Assembly: GCF_001194135.2 (NCBI RefSeq)
Contig: NC_068998.1
Coordinates: 25,785,759 to 25,845,723 of the forward strand
DNA from: Octopus bimaculoides
Lineage: Eukaryota
DNA length: 59,965 nucleotides
Reading direction: 5' to 3'
Shown: positions 10,463 through 22,903 of the stretch, in pieces
Layout: each line of letters opens with the position of its first letter
Numbering within the stretch: the first letter of the stretch is position 1
The notes under the pieces: generated by a model
Database searches by the model: none
Told to the model about the DNA's origin: nothing
The model's input: only the letters and a program-made list of their open reading frames with translations
Made by a program: the position numbers and the translations under genes

Positions 10463-13126
10463 GTAAATGTGTACATATGCGTGTATGTTTACATGTGTGT
10501 GTGTTTACATGTGTTTGTGTATGGTGTGTGTGTGTGTGTGTGTGTGTGTCTCTGTGTGTGTGCTTCCATATATGTATATCCGAATGATTTGGGAAAGCTT
10601 TTACTGTTATAGCATTGAAAGCAGGGCTTTATTCTAATTTTGCAGTTTTTTTTTTCTGTTGTTGTTAAATGTATTTATTTATTTATTTATTTATTTATTT
10701 ATTCATGATTTCATATGAGTCTCCCGAAGTACACGGGAAACTGCAGTTCCAAAACCCATCTCAAAGTTACTCGATTTTCATTGTCTGACTTTAAAGGATT
10801 GGAATCTTATTGACTTATGTAATTGAACGTGAGACTCTACAGGTACAGGAACACTGATAATAAATTTATAAATTTATCGCTTCGAACGAAATGTATGGAA
10901 TACATACAAAAATATGCAAACGAGATTAGTAAGAAAATGAAGCTTAGATCGTAGCTTTGTTAATGCATAATGTATATATCTCAAAGCAAAGAAATCATTT
11001 AATATATGAACCAAACATTCCTATTTCATTGAGATAATTTTTTTCAGTCAATATATTATCTAAATAACGTAATAAGTGTCATGTAAGTTTATTTATAAAT
11101 CGTTATCAAAGTGTTCACAGGAAACTTCTATTTTTCCTTTTATACCGGTTATTTGTAAAGACGAAAACAAAATTACCATAGTTTCGGATAACTGCATTTG
11201 TAATGAAATAAGATACACGGAGAAAATTATATTACATAATATGTGAAAAGAAAACTAGAAAACAATATATTCTGAATTGTTTAAGAAATATAAAAACTAG
11301 AACAGCAGGTTAATCAATAGTTTCGTCATATAAAATGATATCTACTTTTCCGAACATTGAAAATTTGCTATAATATGAGATCGAGAGGTTAATGTAAATA
11401 TTCTATTTTCCATCTAAATGCTTCGACACAGCATACTGTGTTATCTCCGTATCAATTTATAACTTTTGTTGATCAAACAGCCATAAGATATCTGTTGCTT
11501 AGAAGTTATATCGACGGGTTCCTATAACTTTATGCCCTCAAGATGCCAACTCCTGATCGGCAAATGTTTCTAAATTGTTAAAAGTAAAATTCTAAATTAT
11601 ATCAGGAAAGGTAGGTGAAGCCTGAGAAACGTCATGGGACGCGAAACGGTCAAATCTGGGCAGTTTTCGTGACGAATCGATAATTTTGATACAATTATCA
11701 TTTACTGCGTTTATATACGTCAGCGTTTTATTAAACACAATTTCACTTCCAAGACTACTTCTAGCATCCCGATCACATACCCACTAATAGCGTTCTTAAA
11801 ATCTTGCTCCTGTCAATCTCTCTACCTAATCTAACCGCTACTGCTTATGATTAATTAGTCCTTGACTTGTCTTCAGACGAAACATCACGAACATTTTCTA
11901 GACTCGTAAGTTTCTTTGGTTTTGTTTTTCTCATAAAACCTGCTAAAACTCAATCCTTACTTTGTACTCTAATGACATTCCTATGAAGAGATCATTTCAG
12001 AACACAAGCACACATACATGCATACCTGCATATGCTGTATGTATATATATGTGTTTGTGTGTGTGAGCTCGCGCGTGTATGCGTAGAGGGGAAAATGAGG
12101 GAGATAATAGTACACAATTTACAACATAAAGATATCGTGATATATTGAATCAATAAATTTAGATTATATATGATGACAAAAGTTAAAAAAAGGAAATTCA
12201 TTCAAATTACGTAATTGCATTTGTTTCATTAAGAAAATAAGGTATAAACAGCCAAGCTGAATTAGAATGTTATATTGTTTTCACTGACTGATAATATTTC
12301 ATAGTCAAAGTGATTAATTAGTATTCAGTATATACATATATGGACGCCGAATTAAGTTTCGTCGTAAACGTTGCAGTTCATTACTCCTCATCTACAGTGA
12401 AGGAGTAAAAAATAATTTATTCTAATTTTCTCTTCAAATATACGGTTATTTTGGCTTGTTTTGTCGATAATAGTGATTAATTCCATATCCGACTCGATTC
12501 ATATAAACAGTGTGAGGTAGTAGCTAGATAGCAACGTTTAAATTATAAGAAAAATTCCTAACTTCTAAATAAACTTGAAATTTCCTGTTATGATTGTAAA
12601 ATTAAGAAGAGCAATGATTATTACTAGTAGTTTTGTTGCTGTCATTTTTTTTATAGAATGTGTTCATCATTGCATATGAAAATGTCTTGTGATTTTGTAG
12701 GGATAAGCTAATATTTCTAACATGTTGAATATATCTAACCGCCTAGAGGCTATTCGCTGACTCATAATTACTAGCAATCATATAATTCTAAAGATTTGAC
12801 TTATGAACACACTCTATTATTACATTATATTGATAAGTTATTTTTAAATTATAGAGAGCAGATACAGAACATTCTGAGAGCAGACACAACGACATATTTT
12901 GCACAATCTAAATTGTGTTTCATGAAATATTTTATTTGGAACAAAAGAACAGTATAGGTAATATTTCTGAAAACATCGAACGTGTAATTTAGTCATTTGT
13001 TTTATCAGATAATCGGTAATCAGTTAGAATCATAATCATATTGTGTGGCGTGTGGAATCAATTTATTATCACAAACAAAATCTGTAATTTAGATTTAACT
13101 GCTAACTGAAGAGGAAGAGGTTATTC

Positions 13127-13176
13127 CAATGAGATACGCCAGCAACGTCTATGGAATTTGCTGGCGTATCTCATTG
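13127..13176. other. Perfect 19-bp hairpin with 12-nt loop
   Basis: caatgagatacgccagcaa-cgtctatggaat-ttgctggcgtatctcattg. Confidence 0.95.
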
Positions 13177-14559
13177 TATGTTATCAATGAAATGTTAAAA
13201 ACAAACGATCATCAGCATGGTCGCAGTCAAATGACTGAAAAAATGTAAAGGAATAAAAGAATACAAGAATCCAAGATTATAGGATGAGATTCAGATGAAA
13301 AACATAAAGGTTTTCCTGAATCAGTGTTAAAATTCGTGTTTTTGCGCTGCCGAAGTAGAAATAAAATCAGGTATCTATTGGCGATGGCTTTTTAAGATTT
13401 CTGTTTGAGTTTGAAGTCAGCTAAAGAGAGATTGCAGCTGAATTCCTATTTGAGGAAACATTTGAGAGGAATAGAAAATATTATCTTCTTAATAGTGGTT
13501 ATTGTTGTTATCATTGTTGTTATTAGCCGCGATCAAATACAATCTAGCAGACACAAGATCAATGTTATTCCAAATCTAAATACACTGCTTCGTCACTAGG
13601 TGTATCTAATGTGTCTTTTCTATTTTTAAGAGGATTGTTTTTATTTGTAGAAAATTTGGTTGCTATTTCTAGCCAGTCGTGCCCAGTGAGTATCGTCAGA
13701 CCTAGCAGCAAGTAGCTTATTAATGTACAGATGGCAGGCTATGACTGATTTAAGCAAACTTCACGTTCACCAGAGTTGAGAAAGTGTTGGTCAAAGAGTG
13801 ACCGGGTGACCTATCAGTTCAAGCTACATTGTTATTATCCGACAGAAATCTTCTCAAAATACCTAAATTGTACATTTCTAATATAAAATCGATTAGTTTC
13901 TTATAAACTTGGTGATAGATCTTTCGGTTAGTTTAGTCAACTTCACCATAATGTTACGTGACCAAGATAGAAGTATTAATACAGAAGAGATATTATATAA
14001 TTTCTGACATTAGTAGGATATACTAAATATATAAGAATTTTGTATAACACATTCACTACAACACAATGCATTATTATCTGTCCAAGATACATAATACCCT
14101 CAGAATATTATTGGAATTCTTTCGTTTGACACGGGATGGATGGAAGGGAGCAGCTGTTTCTGATGCTATGTTCAGAAACAGGATGTCAGCAACCTAAAAC
14201 GGCCGCCGCTCAGTGGAGTTGTGAAACTCCTTCAGAGCTGGTTGCGCGCTGATTTTGACGTGGAAAGAAACTGGAACAGAGTTATGAGCAAAGCAGTCAG
14301 TCTCTTTCAGAATTGAGCTAAAAATATGATCCCTACGAAAGTTCAAAACATGCAGTAAATACTTCCAACGATTCCGTCATAGTATAACATCTGAATGCCA
14401 TACTTGTTATGATGTGACCAAACTGAAAAGTCTGTATTTCTGCTTATTTTATAGGGTAGGGCAAATAGTCCGGTTTTTGTTGACACTAAAGTTCAAGGAT
14501 TCTAATAGGAAGATAACTTCACTCTCTGCCTTGCACATATGCACTTATTAAATACTTGA

Positions 14560-14760
14560 CACTTTAACGTAGTTGGACGCGGACTTTTCCACGAAGCAGG
14601 TTGTATAATGAACATGGAGAAAGAAAAAAACAAACATTATCTACACCTCGTGTTTAATAGTTTCAAAAGGTAAGAAAGCGGCGGTAAAATATAAACAATA
14701 TACGGACAGAATGCTGTTACGTTACGTTTGTGCCAGAAACGGTTTTCAAGATGTACCTCG
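14560..14760 (+). mobile_element. Mariner transposase N-terminal (HTH) remnant
   Basis: MEKEKNKHYLHLVF..F.. and IYGQNAVTLRLCQKRFSR resemble mariner vYG.dav..r.cq.WF.rF. Confidence 0.55.
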
Positions 14761-15159
14761 ATGTTGTCGGCCAACTGAGATTAACGGCGACAAAATGACG
14801 TAGTTATCCGAGACCGGCACCTGTTTTGTAACCAAGGTGATCGCAGATATTCTCCAATTATCCAAATTAAATTGGTTACATTAAATTGGTTACATCAGCT
14901 GACTTGATGCAAGGACCTCATATCAGTAAAATGAAGAGAACATAACTCAAAGATTTCTCTCTGCGGTTCCTTACGAATAGACGGAATGGGATTAAATTTT
15001 CCCTCAAATAATGTATTGCAAGGAGTTTTTCAGAAGATATCCGGTGAAATCTTCTCAAATAAGAAGTGTCCACATCTACTGCACTTTCAAAACTGATGAC
15101 TCACCATCACCCTTTTTTTTATTTCGTTATATATTTCACACTCGGTTTATTTTACTATA

Positions 15160-16465
15160 CGAGGTGATATCAAAACGTTACCGGACTAGATCTGTAGCGC
15201 GCCAACAGATGGCAATACACAGTTGCGTGCGCAGCGAGAGCTAGCAGTGACCTTCATGAGGCAGTGTGCCGAATGAAATCGCTGTGTTTACTTTGCAAGT
15301 TGTGAAGTTTGTGTTTTTGTGATCATATGTATAATCTAGTCTGTGATTTTGTCTTGGACAGTAAGTTGGAACAAAGCACCGACGTGAAATTTTGCGTTAA
15401 AGTTAGGAAGTGTGCTACAGAGACATTGAGCAAGCTGCCGTAAGCTTACGGTGACGAGGCAATGGGTTGTACACAATGTTTCGAGTGACAGGGGCGCTTC
15501 AAAAGCGGATGAACTTCATTGGAAGATGATGAGCAATCTGAGAAACCTGTTACAAGCGTCACCCCCAGAAATTTGGAGAAATTTCATTAGCTTGTGCATG
15601 AAAACCGGTAGAGGACAATCAACGACATTGCTAATATTGTTGGTTTGTTATGTGGGTCCATGCAGGCAATCCTAACGTCTGAATCAAATATGCGGTGCGT
15701 CTTTGCCAAGTTTGTCCCCCGCCTGTTGACTACTGAGCAGAAAGAACATCGCATCGAAGTCCGTCAAGGTGTCGGTCAGCGTCCCGCTGATGACCCATCC
15801 TTCTTGTGGAGGTTCATCACCAGTGACGAGAGTTGGGTCCACAGGTACGACCCTGAGACGAAACAGCAGTCGTCACAATTGAAGAGCTCTTCATCTCCAC
15901 GACCGAAAAAGGCACAACATAACTGCAATTAAGAGCACGCTCGAAGATGTTTCGATATCCGTGGTATTGTACATCGAGAATTCGCCCCCCAGAGCCAGAC
16001 CGTCAATCGAGATTTCTGCTGTGACCTTTTGAAGTGTTTGAGGGAGGATATTCAGTGAAAGCGATTCTGTGGAACACTAAGAATTGGATTCTGCACGACG
16101 ACAATACACCCTGTCACAGAGCTCGTATCTCTCGAGAGTTTCTCGCTTGAACCAACATGATATCGCTTCCGCATCCGCCCTATTCGCCAGATCTAGCACT
16201 TGCAGACTTCCATCTCTTTTTCAAGATGAAAATGCAGTTCAAATGTCACCGTTTTAACACCGTTGTGGAGATCCACAGCGAATCGCAGAAGGTCCTCGAC
16301 TCGCGTACGGAAAGCAACTTCGAGGCCATAATTCAAAAGTGGAAAGAACGCTGGGACCGATTCATTGCTGCACAAGGTGACTATTTCGATGGATATTGAA
16401 ACTTAAGTAAATAAGTTATTTTCTATTAACCATAATTAGTCCGGGACCGGTTTGCTACAACCTCG
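15160..16465 (+). mobile_element. Near full-length (1.3 kb) defective mariner (DD34D) transposon
   Basis: TA then cgaggtgatatcaaaacgttaccggactag; other end ttagtccgggaccggtttgctacaacctcg. Transposase motifs ITSDESWVHRYDPETKQQS, LHDDNTPCH and HPPYSPDLALADFHLF, with stops and frameshifts. Confidence 0.92.
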
Positions 16466-16574
16466 TTTATTTCCTAATGAAAGTTTCATATCCTTTGTAA
16501 CTCATCAAGAATTTGTGCCAAGCATTTCGCCTAAAGATATCGCAATTGAGCCAAACCTTGATTATTGTTATTAA

Positions 16575-16983
16575 GCCGGCAAGCTGGCAGAAACGGCGAA
16601 ATGCTAAGCAGTATTTCTTCTGTCTTTATGTTCTGAGTTCAAATTCCGCCGATGTCGACTTTGCTTTTCATCCTTTCTGGGTCGATAATTTAATTACCAG
16701 TTGTGTACTGGGGTCTACTCGACTAGCCCCCTCGAAAAAATGTCGAGCCTTGTGCCTAGAGTAGACAAAATTATTATGAAGGCGGCGTGTGGCAGAATCG
16801 TTAGCACGCCTTGCGAAATTCTTAGCGACATTTTGTCCGTTGTTATGTTGTGATTTCAAATTCCGCCAGCGTCGATTTTGTGTTTCATCCTGTCGGGGTC
16901 GAGATGAGAACTGAGGTCGATATAATCGACTAATTCCTTCCCTCAAATGTCAGGCCTTGTTCGTATAGTAGAAAGGATTATTA
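16575..16983 (+). mobile_element. Two head-to-tail SINE family 1 copies (~16575-16772, ~16778-16983)
   Basis: Both carry the ggc..gctggcagaa head, gagttcaaattccgcc and the ccttgtgcctagagtag-type end. Confidence 0.85.
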
Positions 16984-17797
16984 TTATTAGTAGTAGCAGT
17001 AGTAGCAACTGCAGGAGTAGTATTAGCGGTAGAAATGCTGTTATTATTAGGTTAATGTTGTTGTTGTTGGTGGTGGTGGTGTAATAGTTTTACTACTTAT
17101 ATCCGCCGTCACTTTGGGAGATTATATTATACGTTCGTTCTGCCAGAGGCGTCTTGTTGGCTTCCCGTAATGTGAATTCCACGACAGTTTACTTGACTGC
17201 GTATTCTTGTACTTATTCAGATATCAATTTAACTTTTGTAATATTTATCGGCCTGTAATATTTGCCTAAGCATATTTGTAAACATATTACAATGTGTTTT
17301 TTTTTTCTTTTCATTTCACCGACCCACCCCTTCTGCAATACTTCCGACCATATATCGAACTAGTCTTCCTACACTGCCATTCCATACATCTCCTTCACTA
17401 ACAAAGTTTTATAGCCTAGTGGTAAGATAGATATGCAAATTCTGTAATTATTATTAATTAGTTCAGAGTGGTTTGCAAAATAGATAAAACTTACTAATTA
17501 ACGATTTAATGGATCTGTTAATTTTTTCTCTAACTACTTTATTTCTTTTTGCATTTCATATTATTTTATAGATTTCTAAATGTTTGAAAGTATTCTCTTC
17601 TTGATATAGCATTAACAAACATTCATATTTTTTCTTTTTCTTTTTTTTTGTTTCATGATGTGCCATTCTACTTTCGAAATTCTGGATTCTTTTTACTGTA
17701 TTGCACATAGCTGATGACCAACTCAGCAGCATAAATTACAGGTACATTTCCTAGAGCAATATTTATGTAGTAAGAATAATACAAGCATACATACATT

Positions 17798-18112
17798 CAA
17801 TGGTGGGTTGGGCATAAAACTATTGGTTGCCAGGAGACAAAGGAGGCCCACCCGCAACTACAAAGGGGCCCACCCGCAACTACAATGCTATCATCTAATT
17901 TTTTTTCTCTTGGTTAAAAGTATACTTTTCAACTGACTACAAACATAGCCAGGCTGAAATAATTAATGCATACTTCTAGGAGTGAATAAAAAATTCTCAA
18001 ACTTGAGGGGAAGTGCCTCTTAGATACTAACATGGGCCCCCATATAGGGATTCTAATGGCGCAGGTACCACTTACCATCGAGCAAGCTGGCAACCTGGCC
18101 AGTCAGCCACTG
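17798..18112. mobile_element. hAT-type MITE (315 bp) with 8-bp TSD
   Basis: Imperfect TIRs caatggtgggttgggcat..gttgccag / ctggcaacctggccagtcagccactg. Flanks catacatt (17790-17797) and catacgtt (18113-18120). Internal tandem copy of ggcccacccgcaactacaa. Confidence 0.75.
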
Positions 18113-18137
18113 CATACGTTATATATTTAAGAGCAGG

Positions 18138-18500
18138 AGAGGCTGTGTGATAAGTAGCTTGCTTACCAACCACAGCGTGACACTTTGGCCAAGTGTCTTT
18201 TACTATAGTCTCGAGCCGACCAAAGCCTTGTGAGTGGATTGGTAGACGGAAACTGAAAGAAGCCCATCTTATATATATCTGTGTGTGTATGTGTGTTTGC
18301 GTGTCTGTGTTTGTCCTCACATCATCGCTTGACAACATATGCTGGTGTGTTTACGTCCCCGTAACTTAACGGTTCGATCAAAGACACCGATATAATAAGT
18401 CCCCTGCTTACAAAGAATAAGTTCTGGAGTTGATTTTCTCGACTAAAGGCGGTGCTCCAGTATGGCCGCCGTCAAATGACTGAAACAAGTAAAGTAATAA
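18138..18500 (+). mobile_element. SINE family 2
   Basis: Complete head, core and tail as in 10101-10462. Confidence 0.9.
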
Positions 18501-18679
18501 AAGAATATATATATTATAGATAATATATACATATACATGTATATATATATATACTTATACACACACATACATATACATATATAAACATCTACACATATAT
18601 ACATATGCATATATGGGCACAGGACGTCACCAACAGTAAACAACATGTAATACGAAAGCAAATGAGTTCAATATGCAAA

Positions 18680-18900
18680 CAGCGCGAGAAACAAATGGAA
18701 AAAAGGACATTGACTTTTACTTTTTCAGATACTAGATAGTGGTCATTCTGGAGCAATGCCTTGAAAACATTCTAAGTCTATTGAATCGACTCTCTTTTCC
18801 GAAACCGATAAGTTTTCAGCGACGTAAACACTCCAACACCGGTTGTCAAGGTCCTGAGAATCAAACACAAGCACACGCACACACAGAGAATCAAACAAAG
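18680..18900 (-). mobile_element. SINE family 2, 3' half (5' half at 19745-19822)
   Basis: Minus strand reads cttgacaaccggtgttggagtgtttacgtc..aaaagaga..gctccagaatgacc. Confidence 0.65.
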
Positions 18901-18954
18901 ACACGCACACACAGGCATATGTTATATACGTATTATTTAAAATTTACAAAAAAA

Positions 18955-19744
18955 AGTAAAATTTACAAAAAAAGACGAAGACAGGTGTCCCGTTTGACTG
19001 ATGTATAGAGAAGGGCAAAAAGAGCAGGAGATGCAGTAAATGACGTTGCAGGTAAAGGAGTCAGTGATATGATAGGGACGATGATAGTGCCTGTGAGGAT
19101 GGTGGTGTTTCAGAGGTAGGAGCAAATGCGGCAGTATGGGAGGGAACAAGAGAACGAGTCAGGTTGGGTAGTGGGAACAAATGTGGACCAGGAGGTCACG
19201 CACGTTGCGAACTCATTTGAAGGAGAGAAGGGGTAGGTTGGGAAAGATATACGATGTGGAGGGATCGGCCTGGAATCACCGGAAGGCTTGAAGAATGGTG
19301 CGTTGGAGGGGTGGTAGGTGAGGGGGGGTTGGGAGAAGAGTAACGGCGAGGTGGGTGCGGAGAGAGCAGAGGCAATGTCCATGGAACGTGCTGTGGCAAG
19401 GGCTGTGTGGATAGTGCTGAGGGGGTATCCACGAAGGATGAAATTGCGAGCCATGAGTTGAGACTGAGTCTGAAAAACATGGTTGCCAATGCAGAGCCTG
19501 CACAACGGGAGGAAATAAGAGTTTCATGTGGATCGAGTGGAAGGAGGAGAAGTTACGGTATGAGTATGAGTCGGTGTGTTTGTAGTGGAAGGAAGTAGTG
19601 AGAGGAGTGGTGTATGTTGACCGAAATGTCGAGATATGCGACGGAAGTGAAGAAAATAATGTAGAAGAATTCGAGGGCAGGATGGAAGGATTGGACAAAA
19701 GAGAGCAAGGTGTCTAAGGTCGCACCGATACAGTCATCAATACG
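18955..19744 (-). mobile_element. PLE-A fragment: RT C-terminus, linker and start of GIY-YIG endonuclease
   Basis: IDDCIG..FVQSFHPALEF..VAYLDISV; HYKHTDSYSY.NFSSFH; MARNFILRGYPLSTI; TYHP; ITDSFTC NVIYCISCSFCPSLYISQTG. Frameshifted. Confidence 0.9.
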
Positions 19745-19822
19745 ACGGGTTCCTTTTAGTTTCTGTCTACCAAATGCTCTCACAAAGATTTCGTCGGCTA
19801 TAGTAGAGACCACTTGCCCAAT
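19745..19822 (-). mobile_element. SINE family 2, 5'-middle fragment
   Basis: ttgggcaagtggtctctactatagcc..atttggtagacagaaactaaaaggaacccgtcgta. Confidence 0.7.
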
Positions 19823-19940
19823 GGTATACTTACATCTATGAAGCTATAATGTACATGTGTACGGTTGCATCTACGCTTGTGCAATTGTGCGTATGAGTAT
19901 CCACGCGCCTGCATGTGTGTGTAGGTGTGTGTAAGTATGA

Positions 19941-19999
<59 letters not shown>

Positions 20000-20001
<2 letters not shown>

Positions 20002-20260
20002 CTTATCTTATAGATTTATGCTGATTCAACGTGTTGCTGTACTGAGTTCGTGTATTCAGTTCAACGGTATAGGACAGGTGTGTTAGGACATCAATTGAAG
20101 GAACAGTTTGAATGAAAGGGAGTGTAAGAGAGTAGAAGAACGGTGGATGAGATTACCGGAGGCGTATGAAGGCGTCGGTGAGGACGGAAGTGTTACGGGT
20201 GAAGACGCAGATGCGACAATGTAATCGCGAGTAAGGAAAGTAGCGAGGCTGAGTGCCGAG
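20000..20260 (-). mobile_element. Probable PLE-A 3' region fragment
   Basis: Minus strand contains ccgttgaactgaatacac, similar to ccgttgactgaacac at the start of the pLTR copies. Ends in (TA)n at 19940-19998. Confidence 0.35.
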
Positions 20261-20493
20261 AGTGGGTAAGCATGTACAAAAGTATAAATGAGGATGCATG
20301 AAAATATACATTCATATATGTATAGACTGGCATGTGGTACTTGTGCATGCACTAACAAATACGTAGACAGATGACTAAATAACAAGATATCATCATAGTG
20401 GAGTAATACAAATGAGAACGTACATGTATCCGCACGTTGTTATTTTCTCAGTTGCTAGAATAAAAAATAAACAATGCCATTAACTGTATAAAA

Positions 20494-20550
<57 letters not shown>

Positions 20551-21059
20551 NNNNNNNNNNNNNNNNNNNNNNNNNNNNNNNNNNNNNNNNNNNNNNNNNN
20601 NNNNNNNNNNNNNNNNNNNNNNNNNNNNNNNNNNNNNNNNNNNNNNNNNNNNNNNNNNNNNNNNNNNNNNNNNNNNNNNNNNNNNNNNNNNNNNNNNNNN
20701 NNNNNNNNNNNNNNNNNNNNNNNNNNNNNNNNNNNNNNNNNNNNNNNNNNNNNNNNNNNNNNNNNNNNNNNNNNNNNNNNNNNNNNNNNNNNNNNNNNNN
20801 NNNNNNNNNNNNNNNNNNNNNNNNNNNNNNNNNNNNNNNNNNNNNNNNNNNNNNNNNNNNNNNNNNNNNNNNNNNNNNNNNNNNNNNNNNNNNNNNNNNN
20901 NNNNNNNNNNNNNNNNNNNNNNNNNNNNNNNNNNNNNNNNNNNNNNNNNNNNNNNNNNNNNNNNNNNNNNNNNNNNNNNNNNNNNNNNNNNNNNNNNNNN
21001 NNNNNNNNNNNNNNNNNNNNNNNNNNNNNNNNNNNNNNNNNNNNNNNNNNNNNNNNNNN

Positions 21060-21139
<80 letters not shown>

Positions 21140-21798
21140 CTCACACATACATATATACATGCATATATATACATGATGTATAATATGAGCTGTCTCTATG
21201 TGATAACTTGTAATTTCCCGATGTTCTTCCTCTTTATTTATTCTTACTGTCTGTCTGGGTCGTTTGCTCTGCAAAATTTATACGTAAAAAAGTTAATAAC
21301 AGCTAATCAGTAGCTGACATGATGTCTTGCTTGTCAGAGAAGAGAATATAAAGAAAGAAACAATACGACAAAAGGAAAGATCTTATATTGCTAGATTCAC
21401 TCAGTTCGTTAAAAACTTTTTTCTATAATTTTATTTGTGCCAGTCTTCTATACTACTCCATTGCTAACATCTTTGACATATATAAGTAATGTCGCATAAC
21501 TTTGCGTACAGCTATAATGGCTCATTGTCCGCAAAGAAAAAAAATTCGTATCGACTCGAATAAATACACAAAAATTTGTAGAGACTGCCGCACGTAGGTA
21601 TGTGCCAAATGTCTCTCCTTATGTATATCGATAGACATTCTTAGATTCACGTATATAAGTGCATGCTGTATGTGTTTTATGTTTTATGTACATATATATG
21701 TGTGTGTGTAGGTATAGGTATGCATAAATAAAGACATGCAAATATATATATATATATATACTGAGACAGAGGGGAGAGGAGGAAGGAATGAGAGAAGG

Positions 21799-21837
<39 letters not shown>

Positions 21838-21939
21838 GATGGACAGAGGGGAGAAACAAACAGACACAGAGGCAGAGAGCGAGAGAGAGAAAATTGCAAA
21901 CTCGGAAAATGAGAGTTTCGAGATATCTGCATAACTGCC

Positions 21940-22260
21940 AAAAGCTTCGAATGATTATATGAGGAATGATTATAAAAAGAATCTCCCAACAAAACCAGAT
22001 TTTCAAAAATCCTAATTCAAGTAAGTCCACAGGTTTAAGTAAATATATATCGGAATTAAAACCTAGAAAAAGAAATTACATCCTTAGTCGGGGTATAGTA
22101 GGTAGAGCCCACTCTTATAATACTGGGAATAAATTGTGTTTATTATGTAGAACAGAATTTATGAAACTACAACAGTCTAGAGATGAATTACTAAACATAT
22201 ACGATGAACTAGGAGGGAATGTCGACACAGAAGTAATTTTAATTTCAATAAAATGAAATA
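21940..22260 (+). mobile_element. Second PLE family: GIY-YIG C-terminal remnant
   Basis: STGLSKYISELK..NY....I..RAHSYNTGNKLCLLCRTE...LLN..DEL...DTE resembles the PLE motif ST.LSKY.W.LK..Y..C.LC..EK..LN.R.E..CRH. Followed by a very AT-rich 3' region. Confidence 0.75.
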
Positions 22261-22871
22261 CTGAACACCGCCCCCATGAATCTAATAACTACACACTTTT
22301 GATTTCAACAGTAATTGAATAGGTTATATAAATAATTAAATAAATTCATTAATTAAATATTACTAAAAATCATATTATGACAAATTATATATATACCTCA
22401 ACATAGATTGAAGATAATAATAGAATATAATTTAAATAAAACTATGCATAGTGGAATTACCCCGCTTGGTACTAATTGTCTATAAATTTCTATAGTGCTC
22501 TGCTATCTTCACGTCCTCTAATCATCATTTTGAAAGACATCTTGGTTCTATCAAAGGAGGATATATATGTGAATTTTTTATGTTATTTTTCACATTTAAT
22601 CACACACATTTTTTATTCTGACGTATATTTTATATCTTATATTTTGTATTTGACATTATATTATAGACTTTATAAGTTTGATATATGAATACTAATTCAT
22701 TTTTATAATGTATAATTTGTAATTTATAATTTTTAATTCTTAACATTATAAAGTATAATTTTAAATTTTTAATGTTTAATTTAACGCTTAATTTTAAGGT
22801 GATGTAAAATTAGATTAACAATATTTTGAAGAAGTACCTGAAGATGTGTTGGTAGAATTGTAAATCTGATG

Positions 22872-22903
<32 letters not shown>

